Notes under the pieces: model-generated
Database searches by the model: none
The model's input: only the letters and a program-made list of their open reading frames with translations
What the model was told of the DNA's origin: nothing
Shown: positions 52,211 to 57,769 of the stretch, piece by piece
Layout: every line of letters starts with the position of its first letter
How positions within the stretch are numbered: position 1 is the first letter of the stretch
Assembly (NCBI RefSeq): GCF_026571515.1
Contig: NW_026866441.1
Span: 186,001-243,769, forward strand
Direction of reading: 5' to 3'
Length of the DNA: 57,769 bases
DNA from: Ruditapes philippinarum
Taxonomy: Eukaryota
Translations under genes and position numbers: made by a program

Positions 52211-52339
52211 GAAAGATAAATACAGAATCCCTAAAGAAAGCCCAACACGACAAAACTGTAAATGTTGCAGGCTCGGTTTGATTGAGCCTGTTCATGGACG
52301 GTAATAAAAAGTGCAAGTTACCGTCCACGCCCCCTAACA
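52211..52339 (+). repeat. Solo copy of the ~140-bp unit
   Basis: GAATCCCTAAAGAAAGCCCAACACG...GTCCACGCCCCCTAACA; absent at the paralogous site near 28390. Confidence 0.9.
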
Positions 52340-53384
52340 AGTCCTGCCTAGACACGTATAATTAGATGTCTTATGATATTTTCCCTTTTATATACATAAC
52401 CTTTGTTCCGATTTAAGGCTAGACGCTATTTTGCTTGTAATTAATTGTACATTTGTCGAATCAAACTTGACCTTAACATCTTGTACGCGATTAGTATTTT
52501 ACATTTTAGCTGTTATGTCAAAAGATAAATAAATCAATGTTTATAATGTTTGCGAAGCAACATATTTCAAGGCGGCTTCATTTGATATTTGTAGCATGTC
52601 GATTGGCACTATAATACATCTTCACTGGTAGAAAGTAACGCATTTGCTTTAATAATGATCCTGGTGCAGGGAGAGTTTTCTAGAGCTGCAGATATCAGAT
52701 ATAAGATATATTCAAAAAAATCTAACAAAGCAATATAGCATAAAAATAAAACGGGAAGCCAACGCTTACTTTAAGGCACGAAATATATTTTTTCAATTCT
52801 TTAGAAAGGAAAAACATGAATTTCATAACGTTTAGTAATAGTTTTAGAATATGTTTAATGCTTATAATCTGAAGAAAGTAGTGATCAATGTGAATTAATT
52901 TGTTATAAAAGTGGCAAAATGTAAACAAACTAGGAATTTTGACTGATACAATACAAAATATTTTTTCTAAATCACTATAACTGTTCTAATTGTCACAAAT
53001 AATCAGATGATGAAGAAGTCTCAAGCATTTCGAAACTTTAAAAGTATTCAAAAAAATAAAACTTAAGAATAAAAATAAAAGCACTTGTCTAATGAAGCAT
53101 AATTGGCCTTTAATACATAAGTCGCTTCCAAATGCGTTTGCTAAGGTTCTACTCTATAAATAATTAATTTTAACTAAAAATTGGTTAAATGTTTGAAATT
53201 TATTGCTTTCATGAAATAACCTTATAACATTTTGGAGATTTTGTTCCTTGTTTCCTAGTTCTTATTTGACTTAAATAGTAGTACTATCAATGACCACATG
53301 TAATTTTTATCATCGTTTCGAGGTAACTTTGTGTTTGCTTAATATAATATTTTCCCAGAAAAAATGTCCGTAGTCAAGTACCTT

Positions 53385-53526
53385 TCAAAATAGAGAAAAA
53401 TAGAATCCCTAAAGAAAGCCCAACACGGCAAAATTAAAAATGTTGCAGGCTCGGTTCGACTGAGCATGTTCATGGATGGTACTATCAAAAGCAAACTACC
53501 GTCCACGCCCTCTAGCACCGGCTTAA
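53385..53526 (+). repeat. Solo copy of the ~140-bp unit, ending CCGGC-TTAA
   Basis: GAATCCCTAAAGAAAGCCCAACACGGCAAAATT...CCACGCCCTCTAGCACCGGCTTAA. Confidence 0.9.
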
Positions 53527-53773
53527 GCACAATTCAACATTAACATGAACTGGTACAATTTTGAATTTGAACATCCGCAGATGTGTTCATATGGCAGTTA
53601 TCATAGAACCTTCAATGTGACACGTAAGTGCCATTCCATGAAAAGCGGCATATGGTCCCCAAGTAAAAACATTCGTTTAGACAATGGGCGGAGCTAAATA
53701 AAATGGAATTTTTATAGGCGATCAGAGGTTATGAAGCCTGCATATCACAGATTAGACGTCAAAAGACAAATTT

Positions 53774-54621
53774 AACAAGAGGGCCGATCGCTCACCTGAC
53801 ACATCGAACTCATCTGAACAATTACCTAGACAAGCATTCTGACCAAGTTTCATGACAAGTGAGTCAAAAATGTGACCACTAGAGTGTTAACAAGGATTAT
53901 TCATATTTGAGCAGTGTGACCTAGTTTTTTACCCAGGTGACCCATATTCGAACTTGACCTAGAAATCATCAAAACAAACTTTAGACCAATTTTCAGGATA
54001 CTTGGATCAAAACAGTAGCCACTAGAGTGATCACAAGATTTTTCTATTTTTAGCTCCGGTGACCTAGTTTTTCATGCGAGATTACCCATGTTCGAACTCA
54101 TCCGAGAAATTACCAAAACAAGCATCCTGACCAAGTTTGATGATAATTGAGTCAAAAATGTGACCACTAGAGTGTTACCAAGGTTCTTCCATATTTGGGC
54201 GGTGTGACCTAGTTTTTCATCCGAGATGACCCATGTTCAAACTTGACCTAGAAATCATTAAAAAAAACTTTCAGACTAATTTACAGGATATTTGGATCAA
54301 AACAGTAGCAGCTAGAGTGTTAATAAGAAAAGCCACTAGAGTGTTAATAAGATTTTTCTATTTTTAGCCCCGGTGACCTGGTTTTTTTTATCCGAGAAGA
54401 CCCATGTTCGAACTCATCCGAGCAATAACCTAGACAAGCATCCTGACCAAGTTTGATGATAATTGAGTCAAAAATGTGACCACTAGAATGTTCACAAGGT
54501 TTTTCCATATTTAGGCAATGTGACCTAGTTTTTGACTCCAGGTGACCCATATTCAAACTTTACCTAGAAATCATCCAAACAAACTGTCAGACAAATTTTC
54601 AAAACAGTAGCCACTAGAGTG
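53774..54621 (-). mobile_element. 5'-truncated HINE of the same family as 33287-34896, inverted
   Basis: AACAAGAGGGCC...ATCGCTCACCTG is the reverse complement of the 3' end; repeats GTGACCACTAGAGTGTTAACAAGG / CAGTAGCCACTAGAGTG are the same A/B subunits. Confidence 0.9.
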
Positions 54622-56749
54622 CTCAAATATTCCATTCCTCAATTTACTAAACTTCTTACAAAACCAGGCACCACACAAATCACATTCAATTGATTTTCTT
54701 CCATCCAAGTCACGTTTACATAGAGTACAAGATACTATTTCTTGTTATTCTGACTTTCTTGCATTTATTTAACTAGAAGCCGCGTTCTTTTTAGGCGACG
54801 TGGTAACATCAAATCAATCGGGCGGGGTTATAACAATATTATGATTCTGAAATTATCTGTCACACAAAACAAATCGTTACCCACTTAACATTCATCAACA
54901 TCATATTTTTTACCAATGTATTATAATAAAGATGTTCAAGGATTGTTCCAGCATAATCTTTTTTTACAATTTGACCAAACCGGAAGAGGAATAAAATGTT
55001 GTTTTCGTTGTTCTCAATGCTAGCGCTTTTCCTCTAAGTTTTCTACCAAATCAGAGTGTTCGTTATGTTCAGTATGTATTATTGCTTTGATTGCGATAAC
55101 CATAACCGGTTTATAAATTATCAAAAAGACACCATAATCAGGTTATGAGTTAAAAATAATAGTTCATACTTTAAAGTGACATTATGACCATCTAAGGGTA
55201 TATGGTAATTGAAAATGTGAAAGTCATAATTTATATTTCAGTTTACTTTTTACCATAATTCCTTTCAATTTTATAACGATATAGGTATAACTAATGTGAA
55301 CAACGAAAATATCTGTAAATATTCATTTGAATATGCTTTTAACGATCTACAATGTATAAAGATAGTGAGGCAGTCTTTTGAGTGTGACGATTTTATATTA
55401 CAAAACAATTTTTTTAATTTTAACTTTTTGTGTAATAACGTTAAATATTTAATGAAACTAAAGTTAATGATTTGTGTGTATAATATTTGTATTATTTTAT
55501 AATGGGATTTTTGAAGTCTAAATATCGTTGTCCAATTTTTTAGGATTCATGACGATATAGATAACTGTTTTCAAACTCGTTCTTAAAATGAAGAAAATAC
55601 GGTTCGTACAATACAATATTGAAGAAAAAAGACGTCAAAAACTCAAATTGTCTCATCTGTCAAAAAAGTCTCTCAGTCAGTCGGTGTTGTTGTGCATTTT
55701 AAGAAATAAAGAATAAATCAGAAGGAATGGACACTGCTAAATCCGATGTTAGGGCCGAAAAAACAGACAAGGTAAAATTACTATTAACAGTCATATCAAT
55801 ATGATAAATGAATATTTTGCTAAAGTATTTATCTGCTACATATTTCTAAATTAAAAAACATGATAAAAGTAAAATTCGCAAAGCGCCGATCACCATGGCA
55901 ACATGATCATCGAATCACGGAGCACTTTGATTTCATGACGATAGCTTCTCGAATTATACGTTGCTAAAAGTTGTAATTTCAGCGCAAACTCTCAATTTCA
56001 TTTTATGACATCATGAGATACAATTACATGATATTTAATGAAAATTATGACGTCATACGCAAATAAACAGCTTGTTTACGACGATTATAGGCAATAAAGG
56101 TGCATAAATTTTGTATTGCAAATATAACGTCATATTCACGGACCGAGCAACGTAATGATTTTTAACTTCATAGCAACGCTAATATGGCACCAACTGAGAT
56201 TTTAATTTTTACTTTAAAAAATAAAATGTTTAAGGCAACTTGTGTTTAAATGTCAAACAAGTTGAGGAACCGGCGATGACAGTATATCGTATAAGAAACG
56301 CTACAGACGACCAAAGGTGGCATGGGCAAAATATCGTATATTGCGTTACAACAACCTTTGAAAAAGACAGGCATCTCACACACTGTAGGAGAACCAGTGA
56401 CATTTTTGTTTTCAAATAATAATTTTAAATATGAAATTCATAAAGTAAAAGTAACATAACATGTATTAAGTATACGCCAGACAGGTACCATGGCTGCTGA
56501 AATCGGAAGAAATTAAATAGCGGGTAAACATGAAGTTAATTTGACGCCGTTGACGTTGTCAAAGTGCTCCATGATGAGATATATATGTTGTATGTAATTA
56601 CTGTTAAAATACAAATGTAAGTCACAGTTCAGTAATTTTTGATATATGTGTTCGCTAGATATGTATATTTTTGCTAAAATTTGTACAACTTATGTATTGT
56701 TATACAATAAAATATGAAGAAGTATATGAACTTTCCGGACATCCCTCGT

Positions 56750-57769
56750 ATTTTCAAGACCTGAATTCAAAAGTTTTTCTTCAATACTAATGCCGATCTA
56801 ATACTTTATACAAAACTGCCAAATAGTGTCACGGATTTCTAGGACAAAAAAGTTGACCAATTGCCGACAAATATATGTATTAAGGATGCAGATATCGTTA
56901 GGCATACATTTATCTAGAAATATGAATATTCAGACATAATTTACCAAATCTTTTTTTTTATTTATGACGTCTCTAGATGTACATTATTATATTTATTGGA
57001 TACTTAAAACATCTTTCACAAAAGGAACATGCAATTTTTGCAAAATTAGACCAGCATTTAACACAAAATTTGAATAAACTGGATAAACAGTACAAAGGTT
57101 TTGATAACAATAAAGGCAAACGTTATTTTTTATTCATACCCGTATCACCGATACATCAACTGTCACTCGCCACATTGTGCCCCTTTCCGTCAGTCTTCGT
57201 AACTCAAAAGTAAGAATTCACACAAAAGATACGATATTTTGGTCTAACCAACGCTAAACAACTCAACATGTAAACAAATAGTAAGTAAATGCTGATAATT
57301 GTTTGCCCAATGTCATTTCAATATTTATCTTGTAAAAGTTCACCTAAATTAAATAAATTTATAGCTATAAACGTAACCATTGCATTATCAATATATAAAT
57401 TATTATGGTTGTATATCGTAGAACTTAGATTATTTATACAATATCCATCATTGTATATTATGCAAGCTAATTTAATTAATAGAAAATATCTTAAATTATA
57501 ATTATTTTGGAATGTTTCTGCGTATTTCGCATTTTGATTGCTAAAGCCAGACATTTTGTAAAAATATTTTTCTTGAAAGTATTTTTAATAAATTTAAACT
57601 ATGTTAAATGAGATAACTTTTAATTGGAAAATATTTTTGGAAGTTCTGTTGTTCTCTTGTTATTGAAAAAGACGAGTCATTACTGTCAAAATTGCATGGG
57701 TTTGTGTTATTCATAACATTGAAATTGAGTCCAGAAAAAGTGAGATATTATCAAACAAATAAAGATGTG
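56750..57769 (+). repeat. Third copy of the palindrome-arm sequence (direct to 40785-41910, inverted to 39401-40447); runs off the window
   Basis: TTTCAAGACCTG.ATTCAAAAGTTTT, TTTATGACGTCTCTAGATGTACATT, GTGCCCCTTTCCGTCAGTCTTCG shared. Confidence 0.92.

Larger units (their letters stand above)
51065..53221 (+). repeat. Segmental duplication B, copy 2, interrupted by ~140-bp units
   Basis: Collinear with 27142-29424. Confidence 0.92.

Overview
AT-rich eukaryotic, repeat-dominated DNA with no intact host gene that I can recognise. The repeat families resemble, from memory, those of bivalve molluscs such as venerid clams; this is inference. Contents: (1) two decayed pogo/Tigger-type DDE transposase genes, each with an N-terminal HTH and a C-terminal PHD finger (4887-6727 minus, with TIRs, TA flanks and an empty site in a paralogous copy; 24366-26127 plus). 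(2) Three Helentron-associated non-autonomous elements (HINE/DINE-1-like) with internal tandem arrays, two of them with a dimeric A/B higher-order repeat. (3) tRNA-derived SINEs, a tRNA-like pseudogene and MITEs. (4) A mosaic of local segmental duplications: a ~5.5-kb direct pair (3336-11366 / 13496-19163), a ~2.2-kb direct pair (27142-29424 / 51065-53221), a ~13-kb interrupted palindrome (31330-44270) with a truncated SINE at its apex, and a third copy of the palindrome arm at the window end. (5) A ~140-bp unit present six times, once as a fused end-to-end palindrome. Most listed short ORFs look spurious. I see no firm evidence of a wholly new biological system. The best candidates for a second look are the palindrome, the 140-bp unit, the PHD-bearing transposases and recurrent Inr/micro-exon/donor modules in the duplicated blocks. 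All alignments were made by eye and boundaries are approximate.
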